64,000 nucleotides of DNA from the NCBI GenBank assembly GCA_907165135.1, contig OU015567.1, forward strand, positions 6,076,001-6,140,000, in the 5' to 3' direction. Position 1 is the first letter of the stretch, and every line of letters starts with the position of its first letter. The position numbers and the translations under genes are program-made. Of the stretch, positions 36,401 to 44,904 are shown piece by piece. The stretch comes from Oikopleura dioica. Its lineage: Eukaryota; Animalia; Chordata. Under the pieces are notes generated by a model. That model saw only the letters and a list, made by a program, of their open reading frames with translations. It did not search any database and had not been told where the DNA came from.

Positions 36401-39400
36401 CTACGTCTTTTGAGACCTCCGATGAATGATTTCTTCTCAAAAGTTGGGACGTCATATCGTTGGCAGATTTTGTATCCGAGAGCTTAAATAAATTGGTTTA
36501 TTGATAAAAATTCTGAGCACTTACAAATAACATAAGAATATGTCAAGAAAGCTCGCTCAACGGAGGTTCCTGCTTTTGTTGTCACGTCTTCAAAGTGGCC
36601 GATCAGGTCATCGGCCAGAAGGTCAAATTCCAAATCTCTGCTCGAATTGCAGAGTTTCACATATGAATCAAACCGTTTGTTGTAGAACTCCTCGTTGGCG
36701 ATATCCTGTGTTATCAAGACAGCGATACGATTTCTAAGGAGATCGACTAACTCTCCATAGCCGTAGTCTGATGCCTTTTTGACTCCAGTGTAAGTCTGGG
36801 CCAGTCTTCGAAGAGTTATTCGAGCGCTAAAGTCATTCATTCTCTCAAAGCTCTGAGTGATGCTAAATTTGTCCGAAGGCTTCATTTTATGCAGAACACA
36901 TGCGAAAAATAACACCTCATCAAAATTTTTTGTCTGCCAAGATAATCTAAATAAAATTCAAGACATCATGTGAAAAACTCATTATAGCGCTGAATAGAAA
37001 TTCGCTTCAATTGTTTAAAAGAAAGAAATGAAAAGAGAGATTTTTCCATATAATTTTTTTATTACCAAATGCAAGAAGCAACCGAATTGTTTGCGAAACC
37101 ATTTACTCGTCCAGCTGATAAGAAGCGACTTTCTCAAAAAAGGATATTTCTCTTTTAAACAGAGATCTGGCTTCTGTGTTCTATTCTCGGCGCCCATTGA
37201 CTTTGTTCGTCCGATATATGTCACAGTCGATCGTTCTGACAGAATAGAAAGATTGGATGAAGGCACACGAAGACGACTCCTTATTCGCAAAAATAGGGGA
37301 TCTCTGAAGATTGCTATTCCTGCGCGAGTTTTCGAACATAACTGTGAATCAAATGTCTGCAAAGATCGGACCAAAATTCTGAAAAATCTACGAGTACTGT
37401 TTCATACTGATTCTTACCTCCCAGATATGGTCATTACTTCAGAGAGTGAAATCGGACAACTCTTTTCCGCAGGTCTCTGGGATCAGCCAAAAACTGTCAC
37501 TTTCCATCAATAAAGCTTTATCCAAAAAAAATTATGTTGACCCTTATTTATGCATTTATTTTAAAAAAGCATTGATTAGGATATTGAAATTTGAGCGTTC
37601 GGAGCAAAGGGTGTGAACGGCCACCCTCAAGACAACAGAATCCATGTTGCTCGGACTCTGGCACTAAATTCTAATTACGCGATTAGCCTGCCAAAATCAT
37701 AAAAATAAAAATTCAAATTGGTATCTAAAGAGTTTCCTTTATTATCAAAATAACTTAGCTAAGAACAAAAATTTTCAGTACGAAGCAGTATTTCTCACAG
37801 GATCGATCGAAAAGGTCAGCTCGAAGTTTTTTCGTCGCTCTCTTGATGAGTGTTTTTCTGATTTCTCCAGCGTCATTTTTATTCAGATGTCCATCTTTCT
37901 CGATGACTCGTAGAAGAGTTCCAGTCAAACGTAATGCAAGCAAACCATCGACGCTTGAGGACCGCCCATCGACCCAGTGGTATCGATACATTTGCTCATA
38001 GAAACTGATGATCGTATTATGGGCGTCACGCTTAGTCTTTTTTTGTTTTTTGCCGTAATACTTGTTTTTAGCTTGTTTGAAGGCATCTCGAATGTAAGTT
38101 GCTGATCGTTGTTCCATTTCGGTTTCGTACAAGATAAAATCGATTATTTTTTTCAGTGCTTGGTTCTCCTTAAGAAAAATTAACGGCAAAAGCATTTTTT
38201 GATTTGATTACCGGGGTGATATAAGCCGTCTCATTTTTCGGCAAAATGATTGCTTCACATCCTGCATTCAGCTGTTCTTCCGTGAGCGTCGGAGCGGCAG
38301 TGGTAGTTGCCGCTATTAAGCGAAGTTGGCCGAGATTAAAAATGATAACAAAAAAAAGAATAATCCCTGCAAGAATTCTCTCACGTGTCTCTTCCATTTT
38401 ACGGAATGGAATGATATCAAGAATTAAAAAAAAAAGAAACTTTTCTTCGCTTAAAAAGTGTTATTTTTGACACTTTTTTTTGGCTGAGGTTTTTACAAGT
38501 TTTCATGCGTGCATATTAAGAAATACAATCTTGATGGTAATTATTTTATTGCAGTATAATTTCATAGATGGAAACAATTTTTAACAATATGTTAGTGGAA
38601 GGAAGAAATTTCAGTAGAAAATAAAATATAAAGTTTTGACATTTTATGAACCATATAAGGAATTTTAGAAAATTTTAAAATGATTAAACCTGAAAGGCTA
38701 TCATCCGAGTTTTCATTTTACTGGTTCATTTTATGAATAAAAAAATGATTGATCAAATCGTGCAAAAAAACTTGCTTGATCATAAACACGCAGAAAAATT
38801 TGATTCATTTAATCACTTTTAAAGAGACTGTTGAAGATTTCGATTCATTTTATTTAAAAAATAATAGGGAAACTTTGATTGATTTTATCGAGTACTTCGT
38901 TTCTAATTTAAGATGCCGGACAATGATGCCGATTAACAAGTTCAAGTTCTTCAGGATTTCGATTCATTTTATCATTTAGTTTGATAAGTTTTATCATTTA
39001 GTTTTGATAAATGCCGGACTATGATCGTGAAATTGCAGAGGATTACGATTCATTTAATCATTTAAAATATTTCTTGTCGTGATCTTGAAGTCGTGGCTTC
39101 ATTGTAATTGGCGATAATGGATCTCTCTTCTAATCAGTTTTTATTTTTTTTCATATTTTTAGTGTGATTGAAATCGCAAGTTGGATTTGTTTATAAGGGA
39201 AAATTTCTCAATAAAACAGCGCCGTTATTTTTTTCTAGGCTGCTTAAATTTGAAAGACCTATTTCTCAAAGTTGATTCTATTGAATTTAGGTTAGGGGTC
39301 AAATAAATTCTGAGACGATCATCTAAAAAAATCTTCTGTGAAATAAGCCGCACTTTAATGCAGAGCGTGTGCCCATGCTGAGCGCGTGCCCATGCTAAGC

Positions 39401-41885
39401 GCGCGCCTCTTGCGTAGCGCTTGAATATTCTGAGCTTACATGCACGCGCTCAGCAGAGCGACGCGCTCAGCAGAGTAGCGCACTCAGCATATTGAGAAAC
39501 ATGGGAGTAAAATCAGTATACAAACACATTCTTGCAGAGGTGCGACTTAAATTGAATGCGCGCGAGCAATGTTTGTTTTCCGAAGAATAGTGCGAACGCG
39601 CAAAACGAAAAGGATAATACTACTATCCCCCCTCGTCAAGATGACTTTAAATTGAAGTCGAGGGTTGGATCTAAAAGTGTCTATTGAGATTAAGGGTGTA
39701 TCTAAGATAGCTTCGGAGTAAAACTTGCTCCTATGAAGCCCAAATTCGCAATTCTTGATGAGGGGGGTCCTTAATATTTATAATTGACAAAGAAACTTTT
39801 AACTAAAAATGATAGAAAGGCGATTCCTCTTCTGTCGAGCTCTGGTTCGTCTCTGGCGACGGGGAAGATTTCGGAGAACAAGAAGAAATCAACCCAGAAG
39901 ATCTGGTTTTTTGGTCAAAGAACTCGGTCCTCTGGCAAAACGTCTGGTCAAAAGACCCGTCAAAACGAACTTCAGAAGAGAAAAAACTACAGAAAGAGAT
40001 TTACGAGAAAATTGAAGAAAATGGAATTCCGAATATTTTGAGGTCCGAAATTTGGCCGACGATAGCAACAGAGTCGGAGTTCGAATTGCTCAAGCTTCAG
40101 GAAGAATACATGCGATTAAGGGGCAAGAAATCAAGCTGGCAGTCGGAAATCGCAGCGGACATAACGCGGACGTTTCCCGGCCACCCAAAATTCGCAAAAG
40201 GCGACGAGGCACAGATGGAGCTCTTCAGAATTCTAACCGCTTACAGTTTGCACGATCCCGAACTCGGCTACAGCCAGGGTACGAATTTTATCGCCGCCAC
40301 GATTGTTCTCATGATGCCAGAAGAACGCGCATTCGCCGTTTTCGCGTCACTGATGAAGCGTTTCAAGTAAATTCATCACTCACTTCTCCATCCATTTACT
40401 TGTAGCTTGCGATTACTCTATTTGAACGAGTGCGAAGGGTTGAAACGCCAGCTTCATTTTTTGTCCGAAACAGTTCGAATCAAGAGCAGCAAATTAAAAA
40501 CACACCTGGATGATCAAATGATCGAACCAGGAATTGGGCTCGGCAACCTGTGTAGAAAACCTGAGTCAGGCCCTGACTCAGGGTCCGAAAATTACCAATG
40601 AAAAGCTGCAGTGTCAGAAATCCGGGGTAATTTTGCCAGGCAGCTTTTCATCAAAGATTTTTCGGACCCTGTGTCAGGCCCTGACTCATGTTTTCTACAC
40701 AGGTTGCCGATCCCAACCTAGGAATGTACGCTACTCAGTGGCTCCTTTCCTGCTTTACTTCTCGCTTTCCCCTTGCATTTTCCAAGCGAATCCTCGATTT
40801 ATTGCTCCTGAAACCAGATGACACACAAGAACTGCTTATGAAGCTAACCACTTCGATGCTTCTATTCCACCGTAGCGAAATCTTCGAGTGCGAGATCGAC
40901 GACTTTATGGATTATTTCCGATCAGTTCTGCCGGCTCATTTCGCCATTCGAACGCTCCCGGAAGATGGAGACGGGCCGAGTTATTACGAACACAGCGAAA
41001 AATTTTTACGATTTGCAAGAGGCTTCCGGTAAGAGATCTTTTAAGTCTCCTCTTTGAACGGTCCGTAGATTGGAGCGATGGAGGAGAATTATGATTGAGC
41101 ATTCTTGGAGTCAGCAACGATCAAAATGCAAAAGGAAGAGGCAACAGAAAAACTTTTCGTAAAATTTAATATTTTTATTTACAAAATATTTGTTACAGAT
41201 GTTCATACAGGAGTTCCTTCATCAACACAGCCGATAGAAAGGATCCTCCTGAAGAGGGTTGAAATAGAAGAAAAGTTGTTGTTGTAAACATCTTGTCGAA
41301 TTCGATACTCTTCGATTTTTTGAACTTTTCTTTTTTCGGCATGGGATTTTCGTGTCTTCGGTCGGAGAGAAGTTGATGCTTTTCGTGTTTTTCGGGAAGT
41401 TTCGACCTTTTTCAGCGAGCGAGCGAAGAAGGCATCCATTTCGGAGAGGGAGAGTTGAGAAGATTGAGTGGCGATCATTGTTGGTTTTTGATGATATGAT
41501 TGGATTTGATGGTGAACTGATTTTGATCCGCGTATTTATGCTAGCCTGGATCTGGTGCGCCGCCAAAATCGAGCAGGTGGGAGAAAACTGCAGCTGATTT
41601 TGCTGCTAATGAGGTTCATTAGCGAGATCAATTGTTTGATAAGATTAATTACTGATAAGCAATTAAGATTATTAGATATCGATAGTTGCTATTTTAAAAT
41701 GTAAGGTATATTCTGTTTCCTCAAAAAGAGCAGCTTCAAATAAGGACGAACTGATAAAAGAGCTGTCTGCGAAAAACGAAGCCTTGTTGGTGGAAAACGA
41801 AGATCTAAGAATCAAAAACGATCACCTGAAATCACAACTTGATGAAATCAGCGGAAGATGGACCGAAATCGCGCTCAGAAAATAA
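6432..41885 (+). CDS. TBC-domain Rab GTPase-activating protein (RABGAP1/EVI5-like); intron 1 contains the 33-kb element
   Basis: Exon 1 6432-6479 ([18 protein letters not shown] donor at 6480) joins in frame to the exon at 39793 (KLLTKNDR). TBC motifs [35 protein letters not shown]; C-terminal coiled coil, stop 41883-41885. One -1 frameshift in an A-run near 40020 (possible sequencing error). Confidence 0.8.
6512..6570 (+). repeat. Left terminal inverted repeat of the Polinton
   Basis: Starts with AGTAGT, typical of Polinton termini; reverse complement of 39566-39624. Confidence 0.95.
7221..8045 (+). pseudogene. OGDH: 3' fragment of 2-oxoglutarate dehydrogenase E1 (captured, introns retained)
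   Basis: Spliced [14 protein letters not shown]|[32 protein letters not shown]..|[19 protein letters not shown]..|[23 protein letters not shown] matches the OGDH C-terminus. No upstream exons; 1-bp deletion at ~7397. Confidence 0.85.
8551..9221 (+). CDS. Arg/Ser-rich hypothetical protein (2 exons)
   Basis: ORF 8551-8913 spliced (gttag...aaaag) to an RSRSRS-rich exon ending at 9221; low complexity, no family recognised. Confidence 0.5.
9506..10217 (+). pseudogene. PSMC6: Internal fragment of 26S proteasome AAA-ATPase Rpt4 (captured, introns retained)
   Basis: [12 protein letters not shown]|[38 protein letters not shown]|[38 protein letters not shown]|[13 protein letters not shown]|[18 protein letters not shown]. 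In-frame TAA at 9628-9630; Walker A lost; both ends truncated. Confidence 0.9.
10499..13229 (+). CDS. SAP-domain + unknown domain + TPR + coiled-coil + Q/H/P-rich protein, apparently intact
   Basis: [28 protein letters not shown] is SAP-like. Later exons give three TPR-like repeats ([34 protein letters not shown]). Introns I could place keep the frame to TAA at 13229; C-terminal 18-bp QIPPHH repeats. Confidence 0.7.
13620..14123 (+). pseudogene. INTS4: Internal HEAT-repeat fragment of Integrator subunit 4
   Basis: [44 protein letters not shown] / [18 protein letters not shown]|[10 protein letters not shown] / [17 protein letters not shown] matches INTS4; two frameshifts, one retained intron. 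Confidence 0.8.
14124..16169 (+). pseudogene. GGA: GGA adaptor fragment (VHS-GAT-hinge-partial GAE), truncated at both ends
   Basis: [48 protein letters not shown] (VHS); [21 protein letters not shown] (GAT); [17 protein letters not shown] (GAE). Stops at 14202-14204 and 14893-14895; many short introns retained. Confidence 0.88.
17708..18149 (+). CDS. Small acidic coiled-coil protein (3 exons)
   Basis: [26 protein letters not shown]|..[19 protein letters not shown]..|..[13 protein letters not shown] joined by two short GT-AG introns. Confidence 0.55.
18431..19131 (-). CDS. Hypothetical protein (multi-exon)
   Basis: 157-aa ORF followed by a short intron-like gap and a further coding-like exon; no family recognised. 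Confidence 0.4.
19500..21040 (-). CDS. Hypothetical multi-exon protein with acidic C-terminal region
   Basis: Exons [13 protein letters not shown]|[13 protein letters not shown]| and a D/E-rich exon ([17 protein letters not shown]) separated by ~40-50 nt introns; 3' end approximate. Confidence 0.45.
21481..23459 (+). CDS. Mucin-like single-pass membrane protein with long repetitive cytoplasmic tail
   Basis: S/T-rich region with 14-aa repeats ([14 protein letters not shown]); TM segment [23 protein letters not shown]; short-intron exons leading to 24-bp RPEPLQES repeats (stop at 23459); N-terminus uncertain. Confidence 0.55.
23658..28115 (-). CDS. polB: Protein-primed family B DNA polymerase of the Polinton (6 exons)
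   Basis: VAFDIET (Exo I), [10 protein letters not shown] (Exo II), [16 protein letters not shown] (Pol I), [13 protein letters not shown] (Pol II), CYADTDS (Pol III), KTPGLFKIE. Introns at 27849-27892, 26422-26466, 24748-24789, 24366-24407 and ~23879-23950/23956; 1-nt frameshift in T7 run at 24096-24102. Confidence 0.93.
28340..29282 (+). CDS. Multi-exon hypothetical Polinton protein, divergent from polB
   Basis: [19 protein letters not shown]... with several short intron-like gaps and an acidic last exon ending TGA at 29282; exon structure approximate. Confidence 0.45.
29361..30641 (+). CDS. Major capsid protein (double jelly-roll, Polinton PY-like), intronless
   Basis: 426 aa; [17 protein letters not shown]; [14 protein letters not shown]; [11 protein letters not shown]; VDVLVDG..PGYPL; NFFVLINF; LVVKIKF follow the Polinton MCP pattern from memory; sits among the core genes. 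Confidence 0.8.
   Translation: MFSFSKTDKFDTLGYEDCKIQEAAPYCNTDDTLEFHIVPQKRYFKACDSRLHFHIEIPENHVLDNDFCAKLFKGLPKIEIAEDPITSKSCDLDSAFSSHFLNKSLFDQTTIDSTFPIMGVYDIFEADQDDIGRSIIENRKMYAKEFLKEIEFEGKTYNTKWLRYEFKIPINHGIARAPIILPAGLGIHLSFERAPAKFSLLKKKSMLDATDDVGDVVEIDYDFPDPVVKLVRPVFKAMFVFSESLEREMKKYATSKFETTFLDYCIRRPTLDKGDTDYTVNLTKGAFPKYAVLSVTSLKRSHGDYKQSLTKLERGNIEQVDVLVDGSSLPGYPLKTDMDFYENFLMMSERYLNPWSSGVLPQPHYLKTNFFVLINFEMLGRRNAAQLVVKIKFTQSLDDKHLLLFMPIIEKKLTITPENDVTVEAV
31343..31680. repeat. Three copies of a 120-bp tandem repeat
   Basis: agagtt..tct..cgaat.tt.tttcgcc.tcgagttttg.tgcaaggag.at.tgataaaaa.cc begins at 31343, 31463 and 31583. Confidence 0.85.
32200..32823 (-). CDS. Adenain-like (C5) cysteine maturation protease
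   Basis: GTHWISL (His), EIMDPLG (Asp), [14 protein letters not shown] (Gln/Cys). Intron 32621-32660 links MDAES|AEELLHG; a further upstream intron at 32769-32803 gives an in-frame ATG at 32823. Confidence 0.88.
32933..33350 (-). CDS. Small beta-rich protein, candidate minor capsid (penton)
   Basis: 108-aa ORF plus a short last exon ([16 protein letters not shown]); [21 protein letters not shown] weakly recalls the Polinton penton motif; lies between INT and PRO. Confidence 0.4.
33358..34819 (-). CDS. int: Retroviral-like (c-integrase) DDE integrase, 4 exons, intact
   Basis: QIQSDTI|[42 protein letters not shown]|[25 protein letters not shown]. Introns 34194-34238 (GT), 33936-33981 (GC), 33803-33844 (GT) all keep the frame. 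Confidence 0.93.
35078..35386 (+). CDS. Small hypothetical protein overlapping the ATPase start
   Basis: 102-aa ATG ORF with alternating hydrophobic pattern; overlaps the ATPase ATG (35359) by 28 nt. Confidence 0.5.
   Translation: MEFFAELTATSYYHKNRNFFLDGQITEILKRPNDSLQNYKAGDKISIKFSPEIAGEFSWLIGNRICFFKAVRAEPKKFPKNGVTHELIVTEAKKCVLSLAES
35359..36093 (+). CDS. A32/FtsK-like genome-packaging ATPase (2 exons)
   Basis: [27 protein letters not shown]|TGKTKF (Walker A split by 42-nt intron 35439-35480), VIVIDD (Walker B), LILITQN. Confidence 0.9.
36175..36915 (-). CDS. Hypothetical Polinton protein (at least 2 exons)
   Basis: 143-aa ORF plus downstream exon ending [10 protein letters not shown]; no family recognised. 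Confidence 0.5.
37028..37513 (+). CDS. Hypothetical Polinton protein (161 aa, Cys-containing)
   Basis: ATG ORF followed by aataaa at the stop; no family recognised. Confidence 0.5.
   Translation: MKREIFPYNFFITKCKKQPNCLRNHLLVQLIRSDFLKKGYFSFKQRSGFCVLFSAPIDFVRPIYVTVDRSDRIERLDEGTRRRLLIRKNRGSLKIAIPARVFEHNCESNVCKDRTKILKNLRVLFHTDSYLPDMVITSESEIGQLFSAGLWDQPKTVTFHQ
37755..38397 (-). CDS. Putative secreted or signal-anchored protein (2 exons)
   Basis: [25 protein letters not shown] hydrophobic leader; in-frame GT-AG intron (ITP|ENQALKK); helical basic body. Confidence 0.55.
39566..39624 (-). repeat. Right terminal inverted repeat of the Polinton
   Basis: Reverse complement of 6512-6570; ends ...TACTACT followed by TSD ATCCCC. 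Confidence 0.95.
39625..39774. mobile_element. TTAA-flanked 148-bp MITE (Kolobok-like termini), split by the Polinton; its first 8 bp are at 6504-6511
   Basis: Rejoined site reads TTAA-GGATCCCCCCTCGTCAAGA...TCTTGATGAGGGGGGTCC-TTAA, a near-perfect TIR pair with TTAA duplication. Confidence 0.8.
40534..40716. mobile_element. hAT-like MITE forming an entire intron of the TBC gene
   Basis: TIRs ttgggctcggcaacctgtgtagaaaac / gttttctacacaggttgccgatcccaa; flanks accaggaa/cctaggaa (6/8); removal of 40531-40721 restores IEPG-MYATQW. Confidence 0.85.
41203..41566 (-). CDS. Small basic hypothetical protein, copy B, nested antisense in the last TBC intron (41160-41730)
   Basis: Near-identical to 4592-4960 across the C-terminal ~90 aa; polyadenylation-like aataaa downstream. 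Confidence 0.55.
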
Positions 41886-42696
41886 ATCCTGCTTTTCTTA
41901 TTCTTTCTTATTTTAGCCTTGCAAACATTCCGATGAGAATTTACCTATTGTACTACCCTTGTAATACTTTTAAATATATATTAAACGCAACCGAATCTCT
42001 ATTCATCGAGCATAACCGTGAATTTTATGCAATGATGTAAATATTTAATCGACCATTTGATTCCTCTTGAATGAGTTGATCTTTTCCGGGAACTTAATCG
42101 TATCGAGAATTCAAGCAAATGCTTTTTCGGGCAGAATAAAACAGATTCTCCATCCAAGATCATTCATTTGAAATCCGCATTCTGGTTCAAAGATGGTCTA
42201 TGAATGTTTCGAAATTGGTCCCAAGATGGCGCATTTATTGCTGAATAAATCAGAAAATAATAATAAAACGATACTACGTACAACTACTAATTTCCTAACG
42301 ATGCTGAATTGGCCTTTTCCTTTGGAAAGTGAGAAGAGATAGAATGTGTGACAAATATTTCGCGTGTGAGAAAGAGTGAGAGGAGCGCCGAAACAAAATT
42401 TAATGAGAGCCTGTTTAAATAGGAAACACAGTTTTATATCCGAACGGTGAACTGCGTTGCTTTTGTGGCATATTTGAGCTTTTGCGTTTTTATATGCTGC
42501 CGGTGCTATTCACGCGAGAACGAGTCTCCCCCTCGCCATTCAGAAATAAGAAACAGAGAGAAAGAGAAACTGATTTTTCCGTTTTTCGAGCTCCAGGTAG
42601 TCGGCAGTTGAATTTTCGTCAATCACTGTAATGCAACTGTAAACTGCCTACTAGCTCGGAAAGTCTATTCGACACACTCATTCAAGAGACACATAT

Positions 42697-44719
42697 TTAT
42701 TGAGAAAAGCGTTCCCTGTAATCGAGAGAGTTTGAATAATTTTGAGCAGCAAGTGCTGAATAATAAATACAATCATTAACGGAAACGCCTGTAAAAGTAT
42801 TTCCTAAAAGTTTGATGCCATTTTCTTGCGCGAGTTGTTGAACTTTCTCGGAGTTTTCGAGGTGGTACTTGTTCATCAGAGGAATATCGGCTAAAGAAAT
42901 GTAGAAAACTGAGACTTAAGGGTGTCAACAACGATTTCCCCTTTATTCGATCGTTTTTGACACCCTTGAAAGGGTCTTACTTGGGCTCGGCAAACTGTGT
43001 TGAAAACCTTAGTCAGGCAACGCGGCTCTGCAGAACCTGACTCAGGTTTTCAACACAGTTTGCCGAGCCCAGGGTCTTACCAGTAACTTGATGTGTCCAA
43101 GAAACTTGAAAAGAGTCATCGAGAATTGCTCCTAATGCATCTTGCACCAGATTAGGCAGTTCTTTTTGAGGACGAGTAGACATGATTGTATACCTGGCTC
43201 CTCTGCCGTCGTGCTCTGGCATATTACTGTATCACAGGATAGAAAGTAGAATATAAAATCAAACTTTTTAGATTTGCCTTGAGCAAACTTAATGATAAGT
43301 TACATCCCGTCCCAAGAATCATAAATGACGCCGAGTATATCCGGATTCTCACAACTGGGCACGAGGAAGCCAAAACCAGGATTCTTCGGCAAGATCATAT
43401 TTTTCAACTCGACCAGGGTCACATAAACATTCGTCGATTCAAATCCTTCTAGGAGTTCAAAAAGCTCCTGGGGAAAGTCGTCAGGGTGGAGAAGAGTGCT
43501 GAGGATTTTGGGACTCGAAGTAGCGAAAATCTGGTTGAAGGATTTTTCTTCGCCGTTGCTATCCGCTATTGTAAGATGTTTTCCCTCTTTTCTGATCAGC
43601 TCCGCGGATGTGTTAACATGAACCGTTGCATTTTCAGCACGGTCGATTTCTTCGTTCATTTTGAGAATCATGTCTTCGAGTCCGTTTTTCAAACTCCAAA
43701 CTTTCGCCTTTGAACTTTTCGCACTGTCCATCGGCTGCGAAAAATAAGGCTCCAAAAACGGCTTGGCCGGAAAAGTATAGTCCGTGTTCCCAATTGATTT
43801 TAATATGTTCAGAGCGGGAATGCCAGTCATGAAGTATTTCTCCACCGCCGCCAGGGTATTTGGAACTGTGAGGTTTTTGGAACTCGTGGCATAGATTCCT
43901 CGAGTCATCGAATCGCTTTCAGAGGTTCAATCGTTTCGTTTTGAAATCAACGAAGAAGACGATGGATTAATCGAACCGTTCATAAAATAATCTGCTGGTT
44001 TTTGTCCGAAGGTTTTTTTGATAAGATTGTACAAGCTCACATCTCTCGGGTGGTTTTGCTTCTTGAAAAGGCCGAGGCCCATTTGCACCTTCTCCGCCCA
44101 GGTAAGCTTGTTGAACAAAAGCGCGCTGGGAAGAGAGTAAGGAAGGCGGGTGACTTGGCCGTCGAACATGGCGAAGCGGAATCGAGCGGCGGGGTCCTTT
44201 GCGGTTCGTAAAATGATGTCGTTTTCTTGCCAAGGCTTTTTTCTGAGAAGAAAGTTTTCGGAATGGATTTTTGTATAAAAGTATAAAAGCCGGGACCTTT
44301 CCTAGACCAAGTTCTGTCATCAAAGACAGTGCATAAGCCGAAGACTGTAAATTCGTCGCCACTCTGACTGAATGAGGTCCTGTTTCGAATAAACCGCCGG
44401 ATGGAGTTTTCATGGTCTTGATCCAACCACCCGTGGTGCTTGAGCTTTCGTAGAGATGGACATGGTGTTTCGGGCAATATCGTGCCAAGCGGTAGGTTGC
44501 GCTTAGTCCACTGATGCCTTTTTTCTAGCTCAAAAAATTTCTACTCAGTTTAAGCCAATAAGATTATTATTGTATGTTTGTTATTGTATATTAAATACTA
44601 TTGTTCAATCAGATAAGCCTTTTGATTGGCCCACAATCACAAAAATTTATATCAAAAATTAAAAACAGAAAACATAAATTTCGAGCTATTCCTGCACCAA
44701 TGATACCAACTTTCGGCAT
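42697..44719 (-). CDS. PPOX: Protoporphyrinogen oxidase
   Basis: MPKVGIIGAG|ISGLSATYRL, YESSSTTGGWIKT, FETGPHSVR, GFGFLVPS..ILGVIYDS, GNTFTGVSVNDCI; GA-AG and probable GG-AG introns. Confidence 0.92.
42981..43072. mobile_element. 92-bp hAT-like MITE in a PPOX intron
   Basis: TTGGGCTCGGCAAACTGTGTTGAAAACC...CCGAGCCCAG with perfect 8-bp TSD ggtcttac. Confidence 0.88.
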
Positions 44720-44904
44720 TGTAATTTTCTTCGAGAAATCCCGCCTTCGCCAAAAATGGTCGAGCTGCAGTCGATGAGTTAATTCTCTCTCGGGCAACGA
44801 ACTGGCGCGGGAGCCAATAAGGATCAAGAAAAAGGTGAGCTCCGCCATTTTTCAAAAGCGCGTTTTTTCCCTTTTCCTCCACCTCCACCCTCCGAGAAAA
44901 GAAA

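Larger units (their letters stand above)
6512..39624. mobile_element. Full-length Maverick/Polinton element (33,113 bp) with cargo
   Basis: 5' AGTAGTATTATCCTTTTCG... and 3' ...CGAAAAGGATAATACTACT; 43-bp perfect TIR (6512-6554 / 39582-39624), imperfect to ~60 bp; TSD ATCCCC (6506-6511 / 39625-39630); encodes pPolB, integrase, ATPase, protease and MCP. Confidence 0.95.

Noticed and set aside
42583-42655. Pre-miRNA-like hairpin with a miR-34-like GGCAGU motif
   Set aside because: Only the outer ~15 bp pair and the central ~30 nt do not, so it is not a typical pre-miRNA stem.
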